DNA of 64,000 bases. Origin: Armatimonadota bacterium (GTDB lineage Bacteria; Sysuimicrobiota; Sysuimicrobiia; Sysuimicrobiales; Humicultoraceae). The stretch is taken from the NCBI GenBank assembly GCA_037443365.1, contig JBBIOM010000002.1, positions 32,001 to 96,000 on the forward strand. The letters run 5' to 3'. How positions within the stretch are numbered: position 1 is the first letter of the stretch; the number at the start of each line of letters is the position of its first letter. The notes beneath the pieces are model-generated. The model saw only the letters and a program-made list of their open reading frames with translations, searched no databases and was not told the DNA's origin. This document shows positions 1 through 9,024 of the stretch, piece after piece. The position numbers were made by a program, and so were the translations under genes.

Positions 1-19
1 TCGTGCATCCAGCCCTCTC

Positions 20-727
20 TCAGAACGTCTGGTTGGCCAGCGCCATCATGCCGCGGGTGTAGCGTTCGAGCATAATGGCCTGATCAGGCCGGAGCCGCGC
101 GCAGGCCCATCGCCAGTGGAACGCGATCAAATCGCCGGGGGCGGCGTCATCCATCTCGGGATCGGAGTCCAGCGTCCTCTGCACCTGCTCGGGACGCGGG
201 TCGCCGAACCCCAGACGCCCCTCCCTGATGACTATGGGCCGGTAGGAGACGATGAAGGCGCCGGGCTGGATTGCGGTGATCTCGCCGCAGCTTATCCGGC
301 ACAGGTCCAGGGCCATATCGCCATGCGGCAGGCCAGTCCGGCGCGAGACATCGAACACATGAAAGGCGTGGTGCGCCCTCGCTCCAGCAGGGGGCTTGCT
401 CACGAGCAGCTCCATTGCGGAACCACCCAACTGCCCGCGGAATCTCTCATGCAGATGACGCGCGTACAGCGTCCAGTCCACGTGCTCGAGAAGGTCGTTG
501 CCAATCCAGTACGCCTCGACAACGCCCGGATCGAACGGGTCCTTGATCCCGTTGGAGTCGGCTATAAGACGCAAGTACGGGTAGGCGCCCGCGAACGCCC
601 GCAGGTGGCGCCGCAGCGACTCGTCACCGGTCCCTTCACGAATGGAAGCGAGCAGCTCGGCGTTCGCATCTCCACCGCAGTAGCCGAGCCGGTTGGGCAT
701 GTACGCGAATCGCGAAAATAGCAACAT
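20..727 (-). CDS. DUF6390-like protein (hydrogenase-cluster-associated, function unknown)
   Basis: Motifs F.RFAYMPNRLGYCG, AFAGAYPYL, VVEAYWIGN, HHAFHVF, DLCRI, AFHWRWAC. Start placed at ATG 727; the ORF is open to 889, so the true start is uncertain. Confidence 0.65.
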   Translation of the reverse strand: MLLFSRFAYMPNRLGYCGGDANAELLASIREGTGDESLRRHLRAFAGAYPYLRLIADSNGIKDPFDPGVVEAYWIGNDLLEHVDWTLYARHLHERFRGQLGGSAMELLVSKPPAGARAHHAFHVFDVSRRTGLPHGDMALDLCRISCGEITAIQPGAFIVSYRPIVIREGRLGFGDPRPEQVQRTLDSDPEMDDAAPGDLIAFHWRWACARLRPDQAIMLERYTRGMMALANQTF

Positions 728-923
728 CCCTGCCAGGGGAGAGCGGGGTGCGCTGACGCCCGATCCCACGTCAACAAGGAGGCCGGAACGCTGGGATGAA
801 TCGCCGAGGGTTCTCATGCGAGTTGCCTCGTCCATATTACAATAAAGGTGCGCACCCGTGGGGTATCCGTTCATGAGAGGATTCGCCACAGACAGATGCC
901 CTGCGGACCGCCTACCGCGCGCC

Positions 924-1790
924 CTACCTGCCCGCGCGGCCCTGATCGGCTGCCGCAGGATTCAGCCACAGGTCGATATCTCTACCCATCGCCATCAGGC
1001 CCACCGTGGTCAGCACTATGGCTAGCGCCGGCGGAGTCGCCCACCACAGCCAGGCGTTGGTCAAGAAGAGCAACGGATATCCGAACGCCTGGTGGAGGGT
1101 CAACCCCCAGCTGACGCGTCCGGGGTCGGCCAGCCCGAGCAATCCCAGTCCGGCCTCCATGACGACGGCCCAGCGCATGGTGAGCAGGAACTTGGTGAAC
1201 AGGATCGGTGCAACCTCTGGCAGGATGGCGGTTCTCACAACCCTTGCCTCCGATGCTCCAAGCGCCCTCACCGCCGAAACGTACTCTTTTCGGACCGTCG
1301 AGAGAACCTGCGCTCGGACCACCCGCGCGTAGGCGGCCCAACTGATCACAAGGAGGGCCAATGACACCGACCAGAGCCCCGGCCCAAGAAACACAACCAA
1401 CAGCACCACAAGCGGGACGCTGGGGATCGCTAGGAACAGGTCGACCACAGCTAAGATCAGCTCTCGTCCCCGCGGAGCCATGGCCGATGCCGTGCCCACT
1501 GCGGCGGCCATGGCCGTGGAAGAGGCGGCCACCAGGAAACCCACCAGCAGCGAGGTTCGCGCGCCGTGGACGAGGTGGCTGTACAGGTCCTGGCCGAGCA
1601 CGTTGGTCCCCAGCGGCAGGCCCCTACCCGGAGGCGTCACGGGAGGACCGACGGTCAAACCGGGCGGGTTATGGGCTACCAGCGGCGCCGTCGCCGCGAG
1701 CACCACGATGACCAGGAGCAGGATCGCCCCCGACGCAGCGGTAGCGTGCCTCTGCCAGGCCCCTGGACCGAGGGTCACCCACCCCGACAT
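924..1790 (-). CDS. Peptide/nickel ABC transporter permease (DppC/NikC-like)
   Basis: LGTNVLGQDLYS, YARVVRAQVL, EYVSAVRALGAS (EAA loop), WLWWATPP; multiple hydrophobic helices. Confidence 0.9.
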   Translation of the reverse strand: MSGWVTLGPGAWQRHATAASGAILLLVIVVLAATAPLVAHNPPGLTVGPPVTPPGRGLPLGTNVLGQDLYSHLVHGARTSLLVGFLVAASSTAMAAAVGTASAMAPRGRELILAVVDLFLAIPSVPLVVLLVVFLGPGLWSVSLALLVISWAAYARVVRAQVLSTVRKEYVSAVRALGASEARVVRTAILPEVAPILFTKFLLTMRWAVVMEAGLGLLGLADPGRVSWGLTLHQAFGYPLLFLTNAWLWWATPPALAIVLTTVGLMAMGRDIDLWLNPAAADQGRAGR

Positions 1791-2752
1791 CAGGGCCCCA
1801 CGGTCCTGGGGTCAAGCCGCGCGCTGAGCAGGTCGAGCATGGTGTTAATCGTCAGCACGGCGAGGCTCGAGACCAGGAAGACCCCCTGCATCAAGGGATA
1901 GTCACGCGCGACTATGGCCTCGAATAGGAGTGATCCCATCCCAGGGTATGCGAAGACCCTCTCGACGACCGCAGCACCGGCCACTGCCGCGCCCAGTCTC
2001 AAGCCGAACAGGGTCGCCACGGGCGGCAGCGCGTTCCGCAATGCGTGCCATACGACCCGTCGCTCTGGAAGCCCCTTGGCCCTGGCGGTCGCCAGGTAGC
2101 GCTCGCCCATTACGGGGACGAGCGCGTTTCGCACCAGCAAGGCAAAAGAGGGCGCAAGCGCAGCCACTAGCGCGAGGCCGGGGAGGGTCGCATGCCAGAT
2201 AGCGTCGCCCACGGTCCGCGGCCACCCCCCCAAGTCGACGAACGGGGTGAGCGCGCCACCGGAGGGGAAGATCTGGAATCGCGAGGCAAGAAGCACTATG
2301 AGGAGCATGGCCACCAGGAACTCGGGTAGGGCCCCCACCCCCACAGAGGCGGCCATCGCAATGCGGGCGCAACGGGCACGACCATGCCAGGCCGCTGCCC
2401 AACCCAGAAGGCCGCCGAGAGCCGCGGCCATCACCACGGCCCCACCTACCAGGAACAGAGTCCATAGCAGCCGCTCCACCACCACAGCCGCAACAGGGCG
2501 GTGCGACGTAAGTGAGAAGCCCATGTCGCCTCGCACGAGCCCGGCAATGTAGCGCCCGAACTGCTCGTGCGTGGGGAGGTCCAGGTGGTAGGTCTCGACC
2601 AGCGCGCGGTATGCCGCGGCCGGCAGCAGGAGGGCGTCGTCCCCACCCGGCGCCGCCGGGCTGCCGGGCAGCAAGCGAGGCACAACGAAGTTGAGTACCA
2701 CCACGGTCAGCGCGAGCCCGGCGAAGCGCGCCAGACGCAGCGCCACGGCCAT
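1790..2752 (-). CDS. Peptide/nickel ABC transporter permease (DppB/NikB-like)
   Basis: GDMGFS, YLATARAKGL, HALRNA, VERVFAYPGMG, RDYPLMQG, LDPR. Confidence 0.92.
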   Translation of the reverse strand: MAVALRLARFAGLALTVVVLNFVVPRLLPGSPAAPGGDDALLLPAAAYRALVETYHLDLPTHEQFGRYIAGLVRGDMGFSLTSHRPVAAVVVERLLWTLFLVGGAVVMAAALGGLLGWAAAWHGRARCARIAMAASVGVGALPEFLVAMLLIVLLASRFQIFPSGGALTPFVDLGGWPRTVGDAIWHATLPGLALVAALAPSFALLVRNALVPVMGERYLATARAKGLPERRVVWHALRNALPPVATLFGLRLGAAVAGAAVVERVFAYPGMGSLLFEAIVARDYPLMQGVFLVSSLAVLTINTMLDLLSARLDPRTVGP

Positions 2753-2759
2753 CCCTGGC

Positions 2760-4283
2760 CTAGCGGGGACCTATCAGGGCGAGCTTGTTTTCGACCAACG
2801 GGATCCCGTTCATGATGCCCCCCGGGGTATCAACAGGGCGCAGCTTGCGGCTGTCATGCACCCAGTAGAACCGGCGGTAGTAAAGGGCAAGCGTGGGGAG
2901 CTCCTCGGCCAGGATCTCCTGCATCCTGACGACAATGGCGCGGCGGGCGGCCGCATCGACAGAACGGGCTTGTTCTGTGGCCAGCCGGAGGAACTCGGTG
3001 TGGTTGAACCCTGGCGACTGGCCGAAGAGGTTGGCCTCTCCCCCGGCGAACCACCTGCGCAGATAGTCCGGATCCCCGCCTGCTCCTATGTGAAAGGTCA
3101 GCGCCATCTGGAACTTCCCCTCGGAGACCAGGGCGGCGCGTGTGCGGGCGTCCACGGTCCGAACGCTGATCTCCATGCCAGCGCGCCTGAGCATATCCTG
3201 CATCACAATGACCACCGGCGACGGACTGGACAGCAGCTCGATCTGGGGCGAGCTGTAGCCGGCCGTCGCCACTAGGTTCCGCGCCTGCACCGGGTCGTAG
3301 GGGTAGCGGCGGACACGCGGCGCATACCACCTGTCGACCGGTGAGACAACGCCGGGACTTCCCGGGATGCCGGGCCCGCGCGTCATGAGCGTGGCAAGTT
3401 GGGTTCGATTGATGCCGTAGGCAACCGCCTGCCGCGCTTCCCGTCGGTCGAACGGCGGTCGGGCAAGGTTGAATATCAAGCGCGCAGTGGACAAGGGCTC
3501 GCTCTGCCACACCCGCAAGTGTGGGTGTGCCGAGAACGCTGGTACCACGTCGTAGGTATCCGCCATCGCAGCATCAATCTGACCGTTCTGCGCGGCCAGC
3601 ACCTGCCGCTCGGTGGGAATCACGGCGTAGTGGATCTCGTCGTACAGCGGCCTCCCACGGAAGTAGCCTGGATTCGCCCGGAACCGGTAGTCCCCGGCGC
3701 CGGGTCGGTAGTCGGCCAACAGATACGGACCCGTGCCGGCGGCAGTCTCGACGGATTGGGCCTTCCTGGGCTCGCGTACGTCCTTCCAGATGTGCTCTGG
3801 TATGATGGGCACGACTCCCGCGATGTCCTCGATGAACGGGGCAAAGGGCTCCGTGAGCGTGAACGTGACGGTCCGACTCCCCTCGGCCCTGACGGATTGC
3901 ACAACGCTTGTGTCGGCCCAGACGAACGGGTGCTCGCGGTAGTACTCAAAGGAGAACTGCACATCGCGGGCCGAGAAGGGCCTGCCGTCGTGCCAGCGGA
4001 TGCCAGGACGGAGCGCGAATGTGTAGCGCCTCCCGTCGGGTGACACCCGCCAGGATTCGGCCAGCCACGGTATCGCGCCGCTGCGGTCCTTCCAGGTCAG
4101 GGTGTCGTAGATCAGCGAGAGCCGCACTAGCCCGCCAGGACCCAGCGACGAGACGGCAAATGGCGTTGGAAAGCCGACGTCCGTCCACCATGCCAGCCGT
4201 AGCACCCCCGAGGGCAGCGGCCCGGCACCGGCCGGAAGGACGCAAGTTGCTGCCACGAGAAATATGGCCGCCAACATGACCAA
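2760..4283 (-). CDS. ABC transporter substrate-binding protein, family 5 (peptide/nickel)
   Basis: Hydrophobic signal-like N-terminus; PWLAESW, LRPGIRWHDG, GTGPY, RQAVAYGINR, YPYDP. Start may be CTG 4298, TTG 4283 or ATG 4277. Confidence 0.9.
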   Translation of the reverse strand: MVMLAAIFLVAATCVLPAGAGPLPSGVLRLAWWTDVGFPTPFAVSSLGPGGLVRLSLIYDTLTWKDRSGAIPWLAESWRVSPDGRRYTFALRPGIRWHDGRPFSARDVQFSFEYYREHPFVWADTSVVQSVRAEGSRTVTFTLTEPFAPFIEDIAGVVPIIPEHIWKDVREPRKAQSVETAAGTGPYLLADYRPGAGDYRFRANPGYFRGRPLYDEIHYAVIPTERQVLAAQNGQIDAAMADTYDVVPAFSAHPHLRVWQSEPLSTARLIFNLARPPFDRREARQAVAYGINRTQLATLMTRGPGIPGSPGVVSPVDRWYAPRVRRYPYDPVQARNLVATAGYSSPQIELLSSPSPVVIVMQDMLRRAGMEISVRTVDARTRAALVSEGKFQMALTFHIGAGGDPDYLRRWFAGGEANLFGQSPGFNHTEFLRLATEQARSVDAAARRAIVVRMQEILAEELPTLALYYRRFYWVHDSRKLRPVDTPGGIMNGIPLVENKLALIGPR

Positions 4284-4377
4284 CCTGACGTTAATCAGCG
4301 CGCTGGTACCTCCTGGACTACGATGGGGGTGGCCGCGCTGGCGGGGCGATCGCCGACGCAGTGCTGCAGGGCTCAGT

Positions 4378-4596
4378 TCACGCCTGCTGCAGCTCCTCCC
4401 AGATCTCGACTATCTTGGCGGCCTCTTCGGCGTCGACCTCACGAATCGCCGCCCCGTATGCTACGATCACGTAGTCGCCCGGCCCTAACCCTTCGATAAG
4501 GGCGGTGCTTATCGTGCGCACACCCTCAGGGCCCTCTGCCAAGGCCTGATTGGAGGCGAGCATCTCGGTTATGCGGTACGGAAGCGCAAGGCACAT
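4378..4596 (-). CDS. hypC: HypC/HupF-family hydrogenase maturation chaperone
   Basis: N-terminal MCLALP and GDYVIV..G.AI..VD.EEA; 72 aa. Start at ATG 4596 rather than the ORF-track start of 4716. Confidence 0.85.
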   Translation of the reverse strand: MCLALPYRITEMLASNQALAEGPEGVRTISTALIEGLGPGDYVIVAYGAAIREVDAEEAAKIVEIWEELQQA

Positions 4597-4733
4597 GGCT
4601 CTCGGTGAAGTATCGCACATCCTCCCGGGGTGAAAGCAATACCCTGCCCGGCTGGGTGACGGCGCAGTCTCCGCATCGGTTGTCCGACGGGGGGTGAGGA
4701 GTGTCTGCGCCGCCACCTGCGCCGGGATTGCCC

Positions 4734-5444
4734 TTACCGCGGTGCGGTCTCCCAGACGCGGGAGTAGCTCGAGTACCGACGCTTGCCCCTGGTCGCGTCC
4801 GATTCGGACGGAGGAGCGGCGAGGTGCAGCACCGGGAACCCTCCTTCGCTCAGCGCCTCCACGAGGTGCAATGGGTACGGGGTGGCGACGCGCACGACGG
4901 CCAGGCGTCGGTCGCGCTGCTCGTAGGTGGCCAGCGAGTCGAGAGGGACGCCGGCGGCCTCGGCGATGGCCGCGAGTCCGGCGATGGCATTGGCGCGGCC
5001 CGCGAGATCCACCACCAGCCGCGCGCCCCCCCTGCGCAGGCCTGTAAGATCAATGAACGCCTCAAAGACGTCGCTCTCGGTGACGACACCCAGCAGCGCT
5101 CGTCTCTCCACAACCGGAAGCCCGCCGATCTTCTCGCGGCGCATTATCACCGCGGCCGCCTCTATGGGCGCGTCGGGGCCTATCGTCATCGGGTTCGGGC
5201 TCATGATCTCGCGTACCGGGGTCCGCTCGAGGAAGGCGGCGGCCGCCTCCGCATCCACCCCGGCGACGAGGGCGGGCTGGGCGCGCATCAAGTCGGTCCA
5301 GGTGACAATCCCCACGAGCCGGCCTCGCTTCAGCACCGGGAGCCGGCGGATCCCAAGCCTGCGCATCGTGCCGACGGCATCGGCCAGAGAAGCGCCGGTC
5401 TCCACCGTGATTGCCGGCGAGCTCATCCGGTCGCGAATGAGCAT
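4734..5444 (-). CDS. CBS-pair + ACT domain protein (AcuB-like)
   Basis: MLIRDRMSSP, IRRLPV, LVGIVT, KIGGLPV, GVVTESD, followed by an ACT-like C-terminus. Confidence 0.85.
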   Translation of the reverse strand: MLIRDRMSSPAITVETGASLADAVGTMRRLGIRRLPVLKRGRLVGIVTWTDLMRAQPALVAGVDAEAAAAFLERTPVREIMSPNPMTIGPDAPIEAAAVIMRREKIGGLPVVERRALLGVVTESDVFEAFIDLTGLRRGGARLVVDLAGRANAIAGLAAIAEAAGVPLDSLATYEQRDRRLAVVRVATPYPLHLVEALSEGGFPVLHLAAPPSESDATRGKRRYSSYSRVWETAPR

Positions 5445-5491
5445 GGCACCCAGTCACCGCCGTTTCGGCCGCGTCATGTGCGGCTGGCTTC

Positions 5492-5519
5492 ATCGTAGAA
5501 GAGCCCTTGGGCGGAGCAA
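5492..5519 (-). promoter_or_regulatory. Putative sigma70-type promoter for the CBS-ACT gene
   Basis: Minus strand TTGCTC-N16-TACGAT in the intergenic gap. Confidence 0.4.
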
Positions 5520-5564
5520 TAGGGTTTTGGACCTATCTTGCCCTCGCTTGAGTGTGCGAGCGCC

Positions 5565-6020
5565 TCAGGGGTTCTTGCGCGCGGTCATGATGGACAGGGC
5601 CAGCAGGACCACCCAGAGCGCTGCGCTCAACGCGCACCACGCGCAGACCGCCTGGAGTACGACCACCTGCAGCCAGGTCAGGTAGGCGGAGAAGGCCGTC
5701 CCAAAGACCGCCAGGCCGACAAGCGCCGGGGACGCCCAGGAGCGGGCCGGCGGGCGCAGGGAGGCAGCGACGGCCACGAAGACGACCGCCGCGTACATCA
5801 GGAGCCCAAAGGCGGCGTTTGGGATTCCGAGGAAGCGTGCGAAGGAGCTGGCGGCGACCTCTTCGCACGCGCCGACAAGGCATACGGGCGGGGCGTTACG
5901 GACCGAGCCAATGAGCAGGTACCCCGAGACGACCGCCCCGGCAACCGCCACCGCCACCGCGGCCGTCCAGGCGCCTCCGCTGGCGCGCCCGACGGGCAGG
6001 CGGCGGGTCCTAGCGCCCAC
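5565..6020 (-). CDS. Vitamin K epoxide reductase (VKOR) family membrane protein
   Basis: Loop cysteines C...C (CLVGAC), V..S.FA.FLGIPNA, CAWC redox motif, four hydrophobic segments. Confidence 0.9.
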   Translation of the reverse strand: MGARTRRLPVGRASGGAWTAAVAVAVAGAVVSGYLLIGSVRNAPPVCLVGACEEVAASSFARFLGIPNAAFGLLMYAAVVFVAVAASLRPPARSWASPALVGLAVFGTAFSAYLTWLQVVVLQAVCAWCALSAALWVVLLALSIMTARKNP

Positions 6021-6666
6021 GCGCGGCCTCGATGGCAGCGCGGAACACCTCCACGGGCTGGGCGCCCACGATCACGCGACCGCCCACGAAGCTTGTTGGC
6101 GTGCCCTGCACGCCCCGCCTCAAGCCCTCGTCTCGCTCGGCTTCCACGCGGGCGCGCATCTGCCCGCTGCGCAGGCAGCGCGCGAACACGCCCGGGTCGA
6201 GGCCCGCCTCGCGCGCGGCGGACTCGAGATCCGCCAACCCGCGCAGCTCACCTTTGGGCAGGCGCGCGAAAAGGGCTCCATGGTACGCCCAGAACTTGCC
6301 CTGATCGGCAGCGCAAAGGCTGGCCTCGGCCGCCTGCTCGGAGGGCGGGCCTCCCACAGGAAACTGCTTGAACACGATCCGCACGACCCCGGTGTTGACG
6401 TACTCGGAAACGATGAGCGGCTCTATCGACTCGGCGAGTACGCCGCAGTACTTGCAGCGGAAGTCCGAGAAGACTTCCATCGTGACCGGCGCGTCGGGGC
6501 GCCCGCGTGCCGAGCCGGTGGATGCCTCCGGCGTCGGGCGTGCCGGAACTACCGCCTCCGGTGCCGCGGTCTTCCAGTGGATCACGGCCGCGGCCACAGC
6601 ACCGGCGACGGCACCGACGACGATTGCGATCCACATGCCTCGCCGGGTTCGGGTGCGAGATCTCAT
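6010..6666 (-). CDS. DsbA-family thioredoxin-fold protein, N-terminally anchored
   Basis: GRPDAPVTMEVFSDFRCKYC, QGKFW, GVQGTPT, GAQP. Start at ATG 6666 overlaps the usp stop (ATGA). Confidence 0.9.
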   Translation of the reverse strand: MRSRTRTRRGMWIAIVVGAVAGAVAAAVIHWKTAAPEAVVPARPTPEASTGSARGRPDAPVTMEVFSDFRCKYCGVLAESIEPLIVSEYVNTGVVRIVFKQFPVGGPPSEQAAEASLCAADQGKFWAYHGALFARLPKGELRGLADLESAAREAGLDPGVFARCLRSGQMRARVEAERDEGLRRGVQGTPTSFVGGRVIVGAQPVEVFRAAIEAARGR

Positions 6667-7118
6667 GATGGCCTGGGTCCCCTGACGGTGAATACCGGGA
6701 TCTCGGCGTGGCGGACCACGTGTTCCGCCACGCTTCCAAACAGCAGGTGCGCAAGGCCGGTACGGCCGTGCGTGCCCATCACGATCAGATCGGCGCCGAC
6801 TTCCCCGGCAACCGAGAGGATCTCGTGCCGAGGCGTCCCCTCCCGGATAATGGGGGTCGCACCCGGCACGCGCCCGGCCATGGCCGCCATCTCGGTGCGC
6901 GCCTCCTCGCGCATCTGCTCCAGCAGCGATTCCGGGGGAGGAGGAACCATGACACCGCCCGGACCGCCCATTATGGCGCTCACCGAGACGTCCACCACGC
7001 TCAGGAGAACGATCTTCGCGCCGAATGCGCCAGCGATGGCGACCGCCCACTCGACCGCGGCAGCGGAGCCGGTCGAGAAATCAACCGGTACCAGGATGGT
7101 GTTGATGCGTGGCGGCAT
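6663..7118 (-). CDS. Universal stress protein (UspA family)
   Basis: ILVPVDFS, ADLIVMGTHGRTG, LFGSVAEHVVR. Confidence 0.95.
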   Translation of the reverse strand: MPPRINTILVPVDFSTGSAAAVEWAVAIAGAFGAKIVLLSVVDVSVSAIMGGPGGVMVPPPPESLLEQMREEARTEMAAMAGRVPGATPIIREGTPRHEILSVAGEVGADLIVMGTHGRTGLAHLLFGSVAEHVVRHAEIPVFTVRGPRPS

Positions 7119-7151
7119 GCCTGCACCTCCGGGACACGCTCACGTGACCGT

Positions 7152-7180
7152 ATTCTAGCAGAGATAACCGGGTGTCGCAC
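7152..7180 (-). promoter_or_regulatory. Putative extended -10 promoter for usp-dsbA-vkor
   Basis: Minus strand GTGCGA-N17-TAGAAT with a TGn extension (TGCTAGAAT); GGAGG upstream of the usp ATG. Confidence 0.5.
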
Positions 7181-7187
7181 CGCCGAT

Positions 7188-8408
7188 CTACACCGGTGCC
7201 AGCAGAACCTTGACGGCGCGGTGCCGCCGCTTGTCGAGCGCGACCTCTAGCGCGCGTGCGAACTCGGTCAGGGGAAACCGGTGCGTGATAAGGGGCCGCA
7301 GGTCCACGCTGCCGGAAGCCAGCATCTCCATGGCCAGGTCCATTGACCGGACCGCGCGGCCGTCCACGTGCTCGCTCGCGTAGGCAAAGCCCCCGTGAAT
7401 GGCGATCTCGCGCAGCCAGACGGGAGTCCAGTCCACGCCCCGCGGAACCGCCGCCAGCCCAAGCAGGACGACGCGGCCGCCGGGCCGTGTCAGGCGGAGC
7501 GCATCGGCGATGCTGCGTCCCGTTCCCACGCACTCCAGTGCGGCGTCCACGCCGCCCGTCAGCACCGGCGGGCCCAGCATGGGTCTGAGCAACCTGGATC
7601 CCACAAGCGAGGCGATCTCGCGGTAGTGGGCGTTCCCTGCCGGGGCGATTACCGCCGAGGCGCCCAGGCGGCGCGCCAGTTCGGCCTGATGCGGGTAGCG
7701 CGCGAGGACCACGACGCGTGAGCCCGGACGCAGCGCCCTCAGCGCGGCCACCGCGGCCAGCCCGATCACCCCTGCGCCGGCCACCAGAACCGTGGCCCCC
7801 TCCGGCGGCACGAACCTCAGGATGGAGTGCACCGCCACGGCCAGGGGTTCCGCCAGAACCGCCTGCTCGTCGGAGACGTGCGCAGGAACTGAGACCAGCT
7901 GCGACCTGTGCGCCACCATCACCTCGCCCCATGCTCCGCCCGTATCGCGGCAGGCACCCTGCCCGAGTCCCGGTGATACGCAACCCTCGGTGAATCGGCC
8001 GCAGAGGTTGTAGTCGCCCCGCGCGCAGGCCGGGCACAGGTCAGCGAAGCCCCGCGCCTCACACCCCAGCACCGGCTCCACCACGACGCGGCTGCCCACT
8101 GCCACGCCGGCGTCGGGGCCGGCCTCCGCCACCACGCCCACGCCCTCGTGCCCGATGACGAACGGCATCGAGGAGTAGACCGTGGTGTACGGGCTCGTCT
8201 CGAGGAGCACCACGTGCAGATCGCTGCCGCAGACGCCGCCCAGGTGCACGCGCACCTTGACCCAGTCGGCTCCGGGCAGGCGTGGCTCCGGGATGTCGGC
8301 GAGGCGAACCGGGCTTATGCGGCTCCAGAATGCAGGGCGCCAGAAGCGGCCGATTGCGCGCGCGGCCAGATACCTGGGGATCGTAACGTTGGAGACGACG
8401 GCCTTCAT
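7188..8408 (-). CDS. Zinc-binding medium-chain alcohol dehydrogenase
   Basis: GVCGSD, GHE, structural-Zn C..C..C......C, EPLAVA, GAGVIG, LITHRFPL. Start at ATG 8408 (MKAVV). Confidence 0.9.
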   Translation of the reverse strand: MKAVVSNVTIPRYLAARAIGRFWRPAFWSRISPVRLADIPEPRLPGADWVKVRVHLGGVCGSDLHVVLLETSPYTTVYSSMPFVIGHEGVGVVAEAGPDAGVAVGSRVVVEPVLGCEARGFADLCPACARGDYNLCGRFTEGCVSPGLGQGACRDTGGAWGEVMVAHRSQLVSVPAHVSDEQAVLAEPLAVAVHSILRFVPPEGATVLVAGAGVIGLAAVAALRALRPGSRVVVLARYPHQAELARRLGASAVIAPAGNAHYREIASLVGSRLLRPMLGPPVLTGGVDAALECVGTGRSIADALRLTRPGGRVVLLGLAAVPRGVDWTPVWLREIAIHGGFAYASEHVDGRAVRSMDLAMEMLASGSVDLRPLITHRFPLTEFARALEVALDKRRHRAVKVLLAPV

Positions 8409-8412
8409 GCGG

Positions 8413-9024
8413 CTAGGCTTCCATGCGCTCGGGCCGCACCCCTCCCAGATTGCGCCACTGCTGCGCGGTGTTGACGTTGTGCAATGTGCCCAGGCCCGGA
8501 TCTGCTGCTTCCAGTTCTCCTGCCGTGACCCTGCGCACGCGCAGCGCCGCGAGCGCGGCCCAGAGGCGCATCTCGCCATCGGCCAGGCGGGCCTCGAACA
8601 CCGGCAGGGTCCGGGTCGCGTAGACCGCGTGCAGGGGGTGCCAGCGCCCCCCCGTCCAGGGAACCGCTGCATCGAAGCCTGCCGCGAGGTCGGCCAGGAG
8701 CCGCACCGCATTCGGCGAGATGTAGGGCATGTCGCAGGCTGCCACGAACGCCCAGGGGTTCGAGGCCTCGCGCAGGCCGCTGCAGACTCCGACGAGGGGC
8801 GCCCGGAGAGGGAATCGGTCCGGAATCACCCTGGCCGGCAGGTGAGCGAAGGCCGGCGGATCCTTGGCGACGATAAGCAGTTCGGAGCAGCACTCGTCCA
8901 GGGCAGCCAGCACACGCTGGATCATTGACGTGCCGCCGACGTCGACGAAGGCCTTGTCGGTCGCCATGCGCCGGCTCCTGCCTCCGGCGAGGACTATCCC
9001 GGTGAGCGCGGGAGCGGCGCTCAC
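8413..9024 (-). CDS. mobA: Molybdenum cofactor guanylyltransferase
   Basis: GIVLAGGRSRRM..DKA, ACDMP, PLHAVY, NVNT. GTG start overlaps the upstream stop. Confidence 0.92.
   Translation of the reverse strand: MSAAPALTGIVLAGGRSRRMATDKAFVDVGGTSMIQRVLAALDECCSELLIVAKDPPAFAHLPARVIPDRFPLRAPLVGVCSGLREASNPWAFVAACDMPYISPNAVRLLADLAAGFDAAVPWTGGRWHPLHAVYATRTLPVFEARLADGEMRLWAALAALRVRRVTAGELEAADPGLGTLHNVNTAQQWRNLGGVRPERMEA

Noticed and set aside
5543-5560. Hairpin after the VKOR stop as a terminator
   Set aside because: Only a 5-bp stem and no U-tract.
6010-7050. Extended N-termini in the ORF track (dsbA, and likewise ADH, mobA, moeA, etfB, Cache kinase, hdrB, fhs, acsD, acsV)
   Set aside because: The extensions overlap upstream genes and lack homology; downstream starts with an RBS or stop-start overlap fit better.
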